A stretch of 64,000 nt of DNA, taken from IMG/VR virus record IMGVR_UViG_3300005537_000025; one strand, given 5' to 3'. Shown here piece by piece: positions 1 through 9,510 of this stretch. A program made the translations under genes and the position numbers. Numbering within the stretch: the stretch's first letter is position 1; every line of letters begins with the position of its first letter. The notes below the pieces were generated by a model. That model was not told the origin of the DNA, searched no databases, and worked only from the letters and a program-made list of their open reading frames with translations. Origin of the DNA: an uncultured virus (IMG/VR IMGVR_UViG_3300005537_000025). Its lineage: Duplodnaviria > Heunggongvirae > Uroviricota > Caudoviricetes.

Positions 1-316
1 TGGTGCAGATCTTCCAGTCGGTCCCCGCCGCGTCGCGGGTCAGCGCGAACCACAGGACGATCAGGGAGACCAGGCAGCTCTTGCCCAGCCCCCGCGGTCC
101 CCTGACCGCTATCCGCCTCATCCGGGGCAGGTCCGCGATGATCTCGGCCTGGTAGGCGGCGAGGCCGCCGCCGGGCCTGAACCTGACCGCGTTCTGGACG
201 AACCCGAGCGGGTCGTGCACGTACCGGGCGATCCCCCGGCCCCTCACCGATGCGAGTTTCGCCTTCAGCGCCGTGAGCTCCTCGAGCGCCGCCAGTTCCT
301 GCTCGGCCAGGGTCAT
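1..316 (-). CDS. Phage terminase large subunit, N-terminal part (continues beyond the window)
   Basis: Not in the ORF track. Manual translation from ATG at 316: MTLAEQELAALEEL...YVHDPLGFVQNAV...LAAYQAEIIADL...RIAVRGPRGLGKSCLVSLIVLWF, i.e. the YQ adenine-binding motif and Walker A GPRGLGKS typical of TerL. Confidence 0.85.
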   Translation of the reverse strand, partial: MTLAEQELAALEELTALKAKLASVRGRGIARYVHDPLGFVQNAVRFRPGGGLAAYQAEIIADLPRMRRIAVRGPRGLGKSCLVSLIVLWFALTRDAAGTDWKICT

Positions 317-462
317 GCCAGGAGGAGCAGGCACCAGGTCACCGCCCCGCATCCCCGTCTTGCGCCTTCGGGCCACGGAGGAGACGGCATGGCCACCTCC
401 AGGGAATGAGCAGGCGGGAAGGCATGCCGGCGCAACCCGCAGGCATGTGTCGGCGTGATTTC

Positions 463-948
463 ATGGAAGCCGTGACCGTACCGAGCCTGACCGAGTTCCT
501 CGCCGCGCGCCTCGACGAGGATGAGGCGGTAGCGCGAGCTACCGAGCACAATGACGGGCCGCACACGCTGGAGTGGCGGCGCGGCGGTCGCCAGCATCAC
601 GCGTTCGATAACCATCGCTCGGAGGATTACGAGTCGGTCTTCGCCGGCGACTGGGATCGCATCCTGATAGCACGCGACAGCGTCCGCGGAGGACGGCCCG
701 CCACGCACATCGCCCGCCACGACCCGGCACGCGTACTGGCCGCGACCTCGGCGATGCGGGCGATCGTCGCGCTGCACTACATGGTCAGCGACGACTACCT
801 CGACGGTGACGGCATCGAGCGGGCCGCTTTCATCTGCCACGAGTGCGATAACTCCGGCCGCCCCGACAACTGGCCATGCCCGACCATGAGAGCAGTGGCC
901 GCCACCTGGAGCAGCCACCCCGACTACCAGCAGAGCTGGATGCCTTGA
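463..948 (+). CDS. DUF6221-like actinobacterial phage protein
   Basis: LTEFLAARLDEDE...HIARHDPARVLA...PCPTMRAVA...HPDYQQSW pattern; start is inferred. Confidence 0.7.
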   Translation: MEAVTVPSLTEFLAARLDEDEAVARATEHNDGPHTLEWRRGGRQHHAFDNHRSEDYESVFAGDWDRILIARDSVRGGRPATHIARHDPARVLAATSAMRAIVALHYMVSDDYLDGDGIERAAFICHECDNSGRPDNWPCPTMRAVAATWSSHPDYQQSWMP

Positions 949-1396
949 CCGTCACCACTCGCGGCCGGATCTGCCAGGACGGGCCGTACACCTTCTGCGG
1001 CAATGCGGGCTGGCATCCTCAGCCGTGCATGTGCGTGGCCCCGCCGGCCAGCATGCGCGCGATGCCGGCCCTCTCCTCGCTGCCTCAAGACCCCGGCTGC
1101 TACTGGCACCCGGAAGATCCGGAGGAACGGCCGTGAGCGACAAGATGACATGCCCCGGCTGCGACGCACACACCTCAAGCGTGCTGACCGCGGTCCGGGC
1201 GGGCGATCCGTGCCGTGCAGCAGGCGAAGGCCGGCGTGGAACTGAAGAAGCGGCTCGAGAGGGCGCTGGCCGAACGTGACCGGGCGGTGACCGAGACGGC
1301 AAAGCTGCGCCGCATCGTCGCTGCCGCGCGCCAGGCCCTCGCGGACGAGGACGCCTGGCAACGCGATCCGCCCTGCCTGCCCGGCCCGCACAGGCA

Positions 1397-1594
1397 CTAC
1401 CGCGGCAGGACCCCCGCGTCCCTGAGCTCCTCGCGCACCACCCTGCGGAGCATCGCCTCAAGCGTCTCCCGGCTGTCCTGCTCCGCGACGCCGACGCCAA
1501 GCTCGATAGCCCTCGCGGGCTTCAGGCCGAGAACGGCCATCCTGGCCTTCAGTTCGGGAGACAGGTGCACGCTCGTCTTGCTCGGGTCAGTCAT
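1397..1594 (-). CDS. Small ribbon-helix-helix/CopG-like DNA-binding protein, probably leaderless
   Basis: MTDPSKTSVHLSPELKARM (alternating beta strand then helix); the ATG lies 6 nt after a -10 box. Confidence 0.6.
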   Translation of the reverse strand: MTDPSKTSVHLSPELKARMAVLGLKPARAIELGVGVAEQDSRETLEAMLRRVVREELRDAGVLPR

Positions 1595-1600
1595 GAGCAC

Positions 1601-1629
1601 ATGATACCGCAATGGCGGTATACCGTCCA
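1601..1629 (-). promoter_or_regulatory. Leftward sigma70-type promoter with palindromic operator CGGTATACCG (1616-1625)
   Basis: Minus strand reads TGGACG-17 nt-TATCAT-6 nt-ATG(1594). Confidence 0.7.
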
Positions 1630-1823
1630 GGCGGCCTTGAGGGGAGAGCGAGAACGCCACGCGAAATCTTCCAGGGTGGCCGGCATTCTGACCGTTTTGT
1701 CCCTTTTGCGTGATATGAGAGAGGGTGTCTGCTTCTGAGGCTGGGCTGCGCGGTGCGCGGCCGTCGATCGATCACCGTTACCGTGTCGCGACCCTACCGT
1801 TACCATTCCGTGACTCTACCGTC

Positions 1824-1852
1824 TTGACGGTATACCGTCTAGGCGGTAGTGT
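1824..1852 (+). promoter_or_regulatory. Rightward sigma70-type promoter with the same operator CGGTATACCG (1828-1837)
   Basis: TTGACG-17 nt-TAGTGT; further TACCG half-sites lie upstream at about 1775-1822. Confidence 0.75.
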
Positions 1853-1857
1853 TCTTC

Positions 1858-2925
1858 GTGTCGGACCGGTTCGCCGGACCGGCGGGCCGGCCCCCCGGCC
1901 GGTACCGGAACCACGCAGGAGCGTGATGGGTACCAGCGGGAGAGCTGGCCGGACAACTGAATCAGCTAGACGGCCGCACGGCCGGCGCGCTACCGACCGA
2001 CACGCCTGTCTGACGACTCGCCACGGTCACCAGCTCCCCTTACGTGCGGCTCATGTACGGACTTCACTGTTCGACAGAGTGGCTCCCCGATGGCTAGGGG
2101 ACACGCGCCGCGAGGCCCGCCACCGTGGACACATGCCGGGCTATGCGCGGGACGGTCCCGTGACCGGTGGGCATGACATCAGTAATAGGCGGATCGACTG
2201 ACGATCTAGGCAACCTGGCTGAGAACAGATAAGCGCGGTGCATAGCGCATGCCAGGTACGGCCGCAATCCTGCATCCCGTATTAGACTTGCGGGGATTTA
2301 ATGCAGGGGGTGCCTTAGCAGGACAGCGCTGGCCGGGTAATTCCCGCTGGCGTGGCAGCAAGACCTCTGGCCAGTCCTGTTTCGGTGGCTTGCACGAACA
2401 TCCTGCCCTTGTGCGCGTGGATTACCACGGTGGGCATGGAAGCGACGTAGACCAGTAGCACGTCTGGTTGTGCCATTCTTCAATAACACGCCCCGGAGTC
2501 TGTCCGGGGGCCAGTGCCGCAAAGAGGGTTGACGTGTCCCCTTCTCAGGTGCTGGCGGCGCGAACTAAGACAATGGAATCCCTATCGGGTGACCCAGTGC
2601 CGGCGAGATCAGCCACGCCGGCGGGACCGCACGGGACCGCGCCAGAAAAACATCAGAAGGGATGGCGTGAGGTGAGCTCTTGCGCGTATGCGACATCCTG
2701 GCCGGCCACTGAACGCGTAGCGGAACGTGGCTGGTGAACCTTTGCTCAGATTACTTCTTCGGATGGTGCCGCGCGGTGGGCTCGTGTTAGCGAGCTGGCC
2801 GCGCGCAGTGCTGTCCAGCCGCCGTTCTCACTAGCACCGCGACCTGGTCGCGGGAGGCAACGGGTGACAGCCCTCAGAAGGCGACGGCGGCACGCATGGA
2901 AGTACTTGACCCTGATGCGAGCGAG
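1858..2925 (+). ncRNA. Candidate large structured non-coding RNA or very long structured leader (~1.07 kb)
   Basis: Begins at the expected TSS and has no convincing ORF. Perfect long-range complements at 1857-1864/1997-2004, 2096-2105/2533-2542, 2120-2128/2425-2433, 2153-2162/2630-2639 and 2818-2825/2884-2891, plus many local hairpins. Confidence 0.55.
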
Positions 2926-2936
2926 AGGAGACTGCG

Positions 2937-3359
2937 ATGCCCTATCAGCGACGGCGCCGGCAAGCTATAACGCCCGGGCTGGTGTACAGGCCGAACCGTC
3001 GCCCGGACGGCTGCCGGTGGTGTCACGTTGAGGTTCCAGCCTACGGCGGCCTGCTGTACCGCGAGGAGTCAGGCGGGTGGTCGGTGACGCACACCGACGC
3101 CGAATGGGCCGGGTCGCCCGTGTCCGGCCTGTATGTGGGCGGATGCCCGGACTCGACGGACCAGAGGAACCGCGAGGGCGGTTTCGGCGGCCCTGGCGGT
3201 CCCGGTTCGGAGCATGACCGGATCGCGTCGCGGGCAGCGCTCGCGGCGGCCCGGGCGGAGCATGAGGGGCGCCGCTATGCGTACACGTCGTCTGGTGCCC
3301 GGATGACCGAGCGGCACGGCCGGTGCGAGGACGCGCCGTGCTGCGGATGCTGCGACTAG
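2937..3359 (+). CDS. Hypothetical phage protein with CxxC and a C-terminal CEDAPCCGCC metal-binding cluster
   Basis: GAGAGGAG RBS; Cys-rich motifs. Confidence 0.7.
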   Translation: MPYQRRRRQAITPGLVYRPNRRPDGCRWCHVEVPAYGGLLYREESGGWSVTHTDAEWAGSPVSGLYVGGCPDSTDQRNREGGFGGPGGPGSEHDRIASRAALAAARAEHEGRRYAYTSSGARMTERHGRCEDAPCCGCCD

Positions 3360-3374
3360 AGAGGAGACAGTCCC

Positions 3375-5082
3375 GTGGCTGCACGAGTGTGCGTCATCAG
3401 CAAGCCGGTACCGGACCTGTCGCCGGGTGACTGCGTCGTTGTGAACGGGCAGGCGCTGTACCTGGAGGAGCGGACCGGCCGGAACGCCGGCTATGACGAG
3501 TGGCGGTTTACCCGCTACTGGGATTCCGGGCAGGTCGCAGCGCGGGGCCGGATGTCCTTCCGGCACGACAGCAGTACACCGGTTGTGGCCTTCACGACCG
3601 ACGGCAGGGTGGTAGTGCCGTGACCGCCGATGCAGCCGTTATCGCTGCCGCCGACGCGGCGTGGGTGAAGGCAGGCGGCAAGCTGCGTGAGGCTTTCCGC
3701 GCGGGGGACGCGTTCAGTGCCAGCACGTGCCCGGACACCGGGATGACCGGGGAGGCGTGCACGTGCGGCGAGTGCCCGGACACGTGGGAATTCCTCGCGC
3801 GGAAGACCCGTGAGGCGATCCGTCTCCAGCGGATAGCGGCGCAGGATCCGGACGCGCCTCAGCGCGGGTGGCAGCAGTGAACGGCACAGGCACCATGAGC
3901 GCGGGGCAGCTGGCCGCGCTTGATCAGGCGGTAGCGGCCTACCGTGAGGCGGCCGGCAGGTTCGCGCGGCGCGAAGACCGGCCGGGGGACCTGGCCGCCG
4001 CCGAGGCCGCGCTCCGCGTGGCTGGCCGCGACGTGAATACGGGCCTCATCACCCTGCCAGTCGCTGCCGTGCACTTCACCGACGAGCGAGCCGACGGCGC
4101 CCGGATGCGCGCAGTGAACGGCAGCATCCTGGGCGGCCAGACGTGGATCTGCTGGGTCGGCCGCTGCTTCCGGCACGGGATCGAGACGCAGACGTACGAC
4201 GCTTACGACCTGATCCAGGTCAGAGGCTAGAAACGCGGGGCAGGACCGCTCATGCGGCGGCGCGGTCCTGCCTTGCCCTGGCGTCCCGCATCGTGCGGGA
4301 GGTGAGGGTGAGGAGGTAACCCCTGATGTTCAGTATCGCTGCTGATTTCGTGCCGGGCATGCGTGTCCGGACGAGCCCGGCCACGTCGCTGTGGGTGGCC
4401 GGCTACCGGGAGGCCACCGTGGTGACGGTGGGTGCCCGGGTCGGTATCCGTCTCAGTGACGGCACCGTGACGAGCCTGCCGGCCAGGTTCCTTGAGCCTG
4501 CCGGCGCCTGGTGACCGTCATGGACACCAGCAGCGGCATCCCGGCCGCTACCCCCATGGCGTGCACGTGCGAGCGGGTGCATGACGCTGTCATCAACGGC
4601 GCCCCCGCGAAGGTCCGGGACTGCCGGGAGTGCGGCGCGGTCACGAGATGGCTGCGGGACCTCGCCATCACGTTCAACCGTGACCTCGGCGAATCGTGGA
4701 ACGGCGGCGACGTCGTCCAGTACCTGTGCGAGCAGATGACCGCCCGCGGCATCGACCCGGACACTACCGGGGAGACGGAGGCATCGCCATGACCGCTACC
4801 GCCGCTGTAGCCCGCGGCGCCGGAATGCTCGACCAGCTCTGCCCCGGCTGGCCAGACCGCCTGGACCTTGACCGCCTGGACCTGGGCGACACGGCCCGCT
4901 GCCTGCTCGGGCAGCTGTACGGCAGCTACGACCTGGCGCTCGGCGTGCTCCGCATAAACGACGTGACAGCGGCCGACTACGGGTTTCAGGTGACCACGCG
5001 GTGGCGCACCGGCGGGCAGTTCGCTGCGCTGACCGCAGCATGGCGGGACCTGATCACGAGCCGGCGGCCGGTCACGCCGTGA
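3375..5082 (+). other. Run of small coupled hypothetical phage genes (3375-3623, 3620-3880, 3877-4230, 4326-4514, 4511-4792, 4789-5082)
   Basis: GTGA/ATGA start-stop overlaps, RBSs and GC3-biased codons. Confidence 0.65.
4239..4272 (+). terminator. Intercistronic hairpin GGCAGGACCGC...GCGGTCCTGCC
   Basis: 11-bp inverted repeat just after the stop at 4230. Confidence 0.4.
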
Positions 5083-5177
5083 GCTGGTCCTGACTGGCAC
5101 GCCGGCGCGCGAACGGGCCTGGCTCGTGCGCGTGGCGCGCCCGTCAAGGGGCGGTCACGATCCGGAAGGAGACAGCT

Positions 5178-6275
5178 ATGTCTAGGGAAACCATGGAGTG
5201 GCTGAACAGCAACGTTCTCGTCGGGTTCACGGACAAGCGGGGCAGCGCCTGGCATTACCGGGCCGACCTGCAGGGCGGCGAGCCCAACCACTATCCCGGC
5301 GCGGTCCCGGTCGGCGACGTCCGGCGCCGCCTGTTCGGGTGGGACGCCGAGTCGTGGGAAGTGTACGTGCGCCGGCCCGGCGACGTCACCCTGGACATCG
5401 GGGAGCTGATTGCCCAGCCGACCGCCGAGGAGGCGAAGGCGTACGTGCTCCGGTCGCTGGGCCTGAAGCACGAAGAGCACCGGCAGGCCATCGCGCGGTC
5501 CGACACGGGCCACGTGATGGGCCTGTTCACCGACGGGTACGAGAAGCACCCGTACGACCGGTGGCTGCTCACCACAGTCGCCAGCATCCTGGACGACGAC
5601 CTGCAGATCGGGTCCGCCGGGCTGCTCCGCGACGGCGCGATCGCCTGGGTGTCCGTTGAGATGCCCGAGAACGTGAAGCTCCCCGAAGGGGTCGAGTTCC
5701 GCCCCTACCTGCTAGCGACCACCTCGTTCGACGGGTCGCTGTCGACGACGTTCGGCCGGAAGGTCACCAACGTCGTGTGCGACAACACCCACGGAATCGC
5801 CATGGGTGAGCGCGGCCAGCAGCTGAAGATCCGGCACTCCCGGTACAGCCACCTGAAGCTGACCGAGGCCAGGCAGGCTCTCAGCGTCATCCACGAGATC
5901 ACGGACGACTTCGCCGCTGAAGTCGCGCAGCTGTGCGCCACCGGCGTGTCCCGAACCGAGTGGTCGAGGTTCCTCGACGCGCACGTGCCCGTCCCGGCGC
6001 AGCCCGGCCGGTCCCGGACCATGGCGGAGAGCAAGCGCGGCGACCTGCACCGCCTGTACACCTACGACCAGAGGGTCGCGCCGTGGAACGGCACCGCGTG
6101 GGGAGTCGTGCAGGCCGTCAACACCTACGCCCACCACATGGGCACCGTCCGGGGCGCCGTCCGTGCCGAGCGGAACATGCTCAACGCCGTCCAGGGACGG
6201 ACCGACGCCCTCGACGGCGCGACGCTCGCCACCCTCGGCACCGTCCTCGGGCGCCCGCTGGAACTCGCGGCATGA
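5178..6275 (+). CDS. DUF932 family phage/plasmid protein
   Basis: AWHY; SAGLLRDGAIAWVSVEMP; PYLLATTSFDGS; VVCDNT; KIRHS; GTAWGVVQAVNTY..H motifs. Confidence 0.85.
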   Translation: MSRETMEWLNSNVLVGFTDKRGSAWHYRADLQGGEPNHYPGAVPVGDVRRRLFGWDAESWEVYVRRPGDVTLDIGELIAQPTAEEAKAYVLRSLGLKHEEHRQAIARSDTGHVMGLFTDGYEKHPYDRWLLTTVASILDDDLQIGSAGLLRDGAIAWVSVEMPENVKLPEGVEFRPYLLATTSFDGSLSTTFGRKVTNVVCDNTHGIAMGERGQQLKIRHSRYSHLKLTEARQALSVIHEITDDFAAEVAQLCATGVSRTEWSRFLDAHVPVPAQPGRSRTMAESKRGDLHRLYTYDQRVAPWNGTAWGVVQAVNTYAHHMGTVRGAVRAERNMLNAVQGRTDALDGATLATLGTVLGRPLELAA

Positions 6276-7598
6276 CCACCCGCGAGCACGCCGAGGAGAA
6301 GATGCGGGCACTGCTCAGCCAGCGTCCGCTGCGGATGCTGGCTGACGGGCTCGCGCTGATGGACCGCAAGAAGAAGCTCGATGACGCTGAGCGGTTCGCC
6401 CGGCGTGTCCTGATCGATGTCATCTGCGAGCGGTCGCCGGCGGCTGAGGCCGCGTTCCAGGCGTGGGCCGAAAGCGACGACAACGACATCAGGCATGCGT
6501 CAGCGGCGATCATCGCCGCGGCAAGGAGGACATGATGGGCGAGTACGCGCTGTACCGCCGGCGCCGGATCAAGATCGGCACCTGCGAGGACCTGCTGTAC
6601 CTGCGGGACCACCGGTTCAGCGCTCAGTCCGACAGGAGAGCCGCAAGCGGGCAGGAGGCGTGACGGTGACACTCAAGGGCACACCGAAGCCGGCCGTCAC
6701 TTACGACGGCACGACGTATAAGGTCCGCAGTCACAAGACGGACATCCCGGACCTTGAGTCGATGGAGCGCATCGGCGCGCTGGTCTGGATCAACCAGAAC
6801 ACTTACAGGCGCGGTGCCGGCACCCGCACCGTACCGAACCTGCTGGCCGGGCTGGGCGATGCGATCCGGCTGGAGGTGCGCTGACGTGATGGCCATGTGG
6901 GCCGCACCGGACGAGCATGATGACCCTGCTGGGAACGAGGAGGACTTGACATGACTGTGGCCGAACTGATCGAGGCACTGAAGGACGAGCCGCAGGACTG
7001 GCGGGTAGCCGTCGAGCCGGTATACCCGAACGCCTGCGGCCTCGCAGCCGGGGACCAGGTCCCGGGCCGGATCACCGGGCTGGGGCACTCGAAGCGGGAC
7101 CGGCACCCGGACGGCGGCCTGTACGACGCCGAGGGCAAGCTGGCGCCTGGCGGGACCGTGAGCCTGAGCGTCTTTACGCCGTGGGAGGGCTGATGGCGAT
7201 CCGGCGGACCCGCGGCCAGGATGTCCGGGCCGGAGACGACCTGTGGTTCCTCGGCGTCCCGCACCGCATCACCCGGATAGAGCCCTACAAGGGCGTTAAC
7301 GCCCCGCTGTGGGACGGCCCCGCCAGGGTCGCGTACTCGGACGGCCCTGGCGGCATGTACCGGGCCGCCTGGGCGATCACCCTCGACCCGGACGGCCAGT
7401 ACGACATCTCCCGGGCCGATGATCGCCGTGACCCGGATCCTCACCGCTGACGACGCCGTCTGCGCATCGGCCATACTCGCCGAGGTGAGCGCCGGCCACG
7501 AGGAGGCAGCAGAACGGCTGGCGGTCACGTGCGGGCTCGACGATCTCAGCACCGAGGAGCTGGAGGTGCTGTGCGACCAGGAAGGAGTGGAGCGGTGA
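6272..7598 (+). other. Small hypothetical phage genes (6272-6535, short 6532-6663, 6660-6884, 6951-7193, 7193-7450 and a further short ORF to ~7598)
   Basis: Coupled ORFs with RBSs. Confidence 0.55.
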
Positions 7599-7727
7599 CC
7601 GATTTCTATCCTGAGTTGGCCGCACGAGCGCGGGTGCCCGTGCTGGGACTGCCGGCAGTCACGCCAGGAGGCAGATGAGGAGCAGGTACCCGCGCCCCCG
7701 CCCGGGCAGAGACCCGGGCCTGACTCC

Positions 7728-7790
7728 GTATAACCACCCTGTATAACCACCGGTTGACACCGTATAACCACCGCTCTAGCGTGGTTATAC
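7728..7790 (+). promoter_or_regulatory. Promoter TTGACA-17-TAGCGT (7754-7782) embedded in four GTATAACCAC boxes
   Basis: Direct copies at 7728, 7741 and 7762; inverted copy GTGGTTATAC at 7781-7790. Confidence 0.8.
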
Positions 7791-7914
7791 AGAAAGAGCA
7801 CGGCAAGGCGGCATCCGGACGGAGCCGCCGCAAGCGCAGCGGGCCTAGAGGAACTGCCCTGGCATCCACACGAGGAATGGCGGCGATGAGCAAGTCCGGA
7901 AACAGGCGCTGACG

Positions 7915-8232
7915 ATGCCCAGCGGAATCCACAAGACCACGCAGACAGCATTCCGCATCCCGGCTGACCTCATGGCATCCCTGAAGGCCGCCGCCGGCGA
8001 GCGGAACGTGACCGTGACCGCCTACGTCGTCAGCGCCATCGAGGAGAAGCTCGCCATGGACGCCCCGCGTATAACCACCGGTATAACCACCCGTATAACC
8101 ACCAGCGCGGGCCCGGCTGAGCCTGTATCACCACCACAGCCAGCCGCCAGGACCCCCGCGCCAGTCACCGCCGCCCACCGGGCCGGCTGCAAATGCGGCG
8201 TATGCCACCCGGAAACAGGAGGCAAGAAATGA
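7915..8232 (+). CDS. Arc/CopG-like ribbon-helix-helix protein with a C-terminal HxxxCxCxxC tail
   Basis: TTQTAFRIPADLMASLKAAAGERNVTVTAYVVSAIEEKL. Confidence 0.75.
   Translation: MPSGIHKTTQTAFRIPADLMASLKAAAGERNVTVTAYVVSAIEEKLAMDAPRITTGITTRITTSAGPAEPVSPPQPAARTPAPVTAAHRAGCKCGVCHPETGGKK
8069..8134 (+). repeat. Intragenic GTATAACCAC repeats (8069, 8081, 8093; variant at 8125)
   Basis: Same 10-mer as at the upstream promoter; encodes RITTGITTRITT. Confidence 0.9.
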
Positions 8233-8414
8233 GCGACGCCACCGTCATCCTCGGCGAGCCGGAGGTAGCACGCCTCTACGCCGAGCTGGAACGGCTCCGC
8301 GAAGTCAGGGACACCGCACAGGACCAGATCGACGCAATCGGCCGGGTGCTCGCCGCGTCCGGTGAGGCAAGGCTGCGGGCACGCCGGGACACCGCGGACG
8401 CCGGGGACCGGTAA
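8229..8414 (+). CDS. Small hypothetical coiled-coil protein
   Basis: ATGA overlap with the RHH gene; AGGAGG RBS. Confidence 0.55.
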   Translation: MSDATVILGEPEVARLYAELERLREVRDTAQDQIDAIGRVLAASGEARLRARRDTADAGDR

Positions 8415-8500
8415 GGCTGAGGTCGCTGACCTGCTGGTTTACCTGCCGTCTGCCCGCTGATCACCCGCGAAGCCAGTTGTCGCGGCCAGCCGTTGTCCCA

Positions 8501-8539
8501 AGGGTTCCGGTGGTCCGGCGTCAGGGTTCCGGTGGTCCG
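8501..8539. repeat. Direct repeat AGGGTTCCGGTGGTCCG x2 in a non-coding gap
   Basis: Copies at 8501-8517 and 8523-8539. Confidence 0.8.
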
Positions 8540-8762
8540 CGTCTCGTGAGGTCCGCGGGCGCAGGCTGGTGAGCGGGATCGCCGGATGGAGGGTTTACGG
8601 GGGGTCTGGAGGGTCACGGGGTTGTGTTCTGCCGGGGTCGTCGGGCCGGCGGCCAGGCGGGACATGGCTGTGAGCTGCGGGGCTAGTGTGCGGCTTGCTG
8701 GCTGGCCGGGTGCATCGCCGTGCGCGGAGTGACTCGCTGCCGGGGTAACCGCTGGGCTGCGG

Positions 8763-9404
8763 TTACGGTTCGACGGTGGCGGTGATGGCTTTCGGGTTGT
8801 CGTGGGTGGCTGCTGTGCGTTCGGCTTCTTCGGTTTCGCGGCGGACCATCTCGATGGCTGCGGCGAGGTCCTGGGGGTTGGCGCTGGCGATGAATGCCCT
8901 GATTTCCTCGGGTCCGGTGTGTCCGGTGAGGGTGATGGCGCGGCGGGGGGCGTCGGTGCCGCGGATGCGGGCTATGCGCTCGTTCACGCGGACGAGGAGG
9001 GTTCCGGCTGCGGTGAGGGCCTGGGCGTCGGGGACGGGGTTGCCGTTGCCGTCGAGGACGATGCGGCCGAGGCGGTCGATGGCGGGGAGGGGGTTGTTGA
9101 GCTGGTCCCAGATGCGGCGGCGGAGTTCGGTGAGCTCGGCGAGCTGCTGGCGGCGGATTTCCTCGCTGGTGCCGTCGAGTCGTGCGGCTTCCTGGCGGAT
9201 TTTCTGGACGGCACGCCAGGTGTCGCCGCGGTCGCTGTAGCCGAGTTCTTTCGCGGCCTGCTCGTATGTCCAGCCCTGGGTGACGAGTTCGGCGGCGCGG
9301 CGGTCCCGGTCGATGGTCTGGATGGCGCGGATGTAGCGGCCGTGGCCGTTGCGGGGCGGGGTGTTGCCGGCCCGGGCGGGGCTGCCGGCGGCGGGGGTGG
9401 TCAT
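8763..9404 (-). CDS. HTH protein, probable terminase small subunit
   Basis: RDRRAAELVTQGWTYEQAAKELGYSDRGDTWRAVQ...LVRVNERIARIRGTDAP, a pattern I recognise from actinophage genes preceding TerL; same strand as TerL. Confidence 0.6.
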   Translation of the reverse strand: MTTPAAGSPARAGNTPPRNGHGRYIRAIQTIDRDRRAAELVTQGWTYEQAAKELGYSDRGDTWRAVQKIRQEAARLDGTSEEIRRQQLAELTELRRRIWDQLNNPLPAIDRLGRIVLDGNGNPVPDAQALTAAGTLLVRVNERIARIRGTDAPRRAITLTGHTGPEEIRAFIASANPQDLAAAIEMVRRETEEAERTAATHDNPKAITATVEP

Positions 9405-9510
9405 TTCCGGTGCCCCCTGTTCAAGTGTGCTTGAGGGTGTGACCTGCTGTTCCGTGTTGCCTGCGCCGCTGGCGGCACGGGCCTGACCGTGCTCCTGTGG
9501 AGGTGCTGCT

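Noticed and set aside
2010..2204. CTGACGA motifs (2010, 2198) as hammerhead ribozyme cores
   Set aside because: No suitably placed GAAA with stems II/III could be built by eye.
1725..2737. ORFs 1725-2201, 2249-2458, 2298-2522 and 2468-2737
   Set aside because: No RBS, no GC3 bias and no recognisable motifs; one of them spans the promoter.
1858..2925. Group I/II intron, tRNA, tmRNA or RNase P identity for the structured region
   Set aside because: No interrupted host gene, and no recognisable domain V, P7, cloverleaf or P4 motifs; a covariance-model search is still needed.
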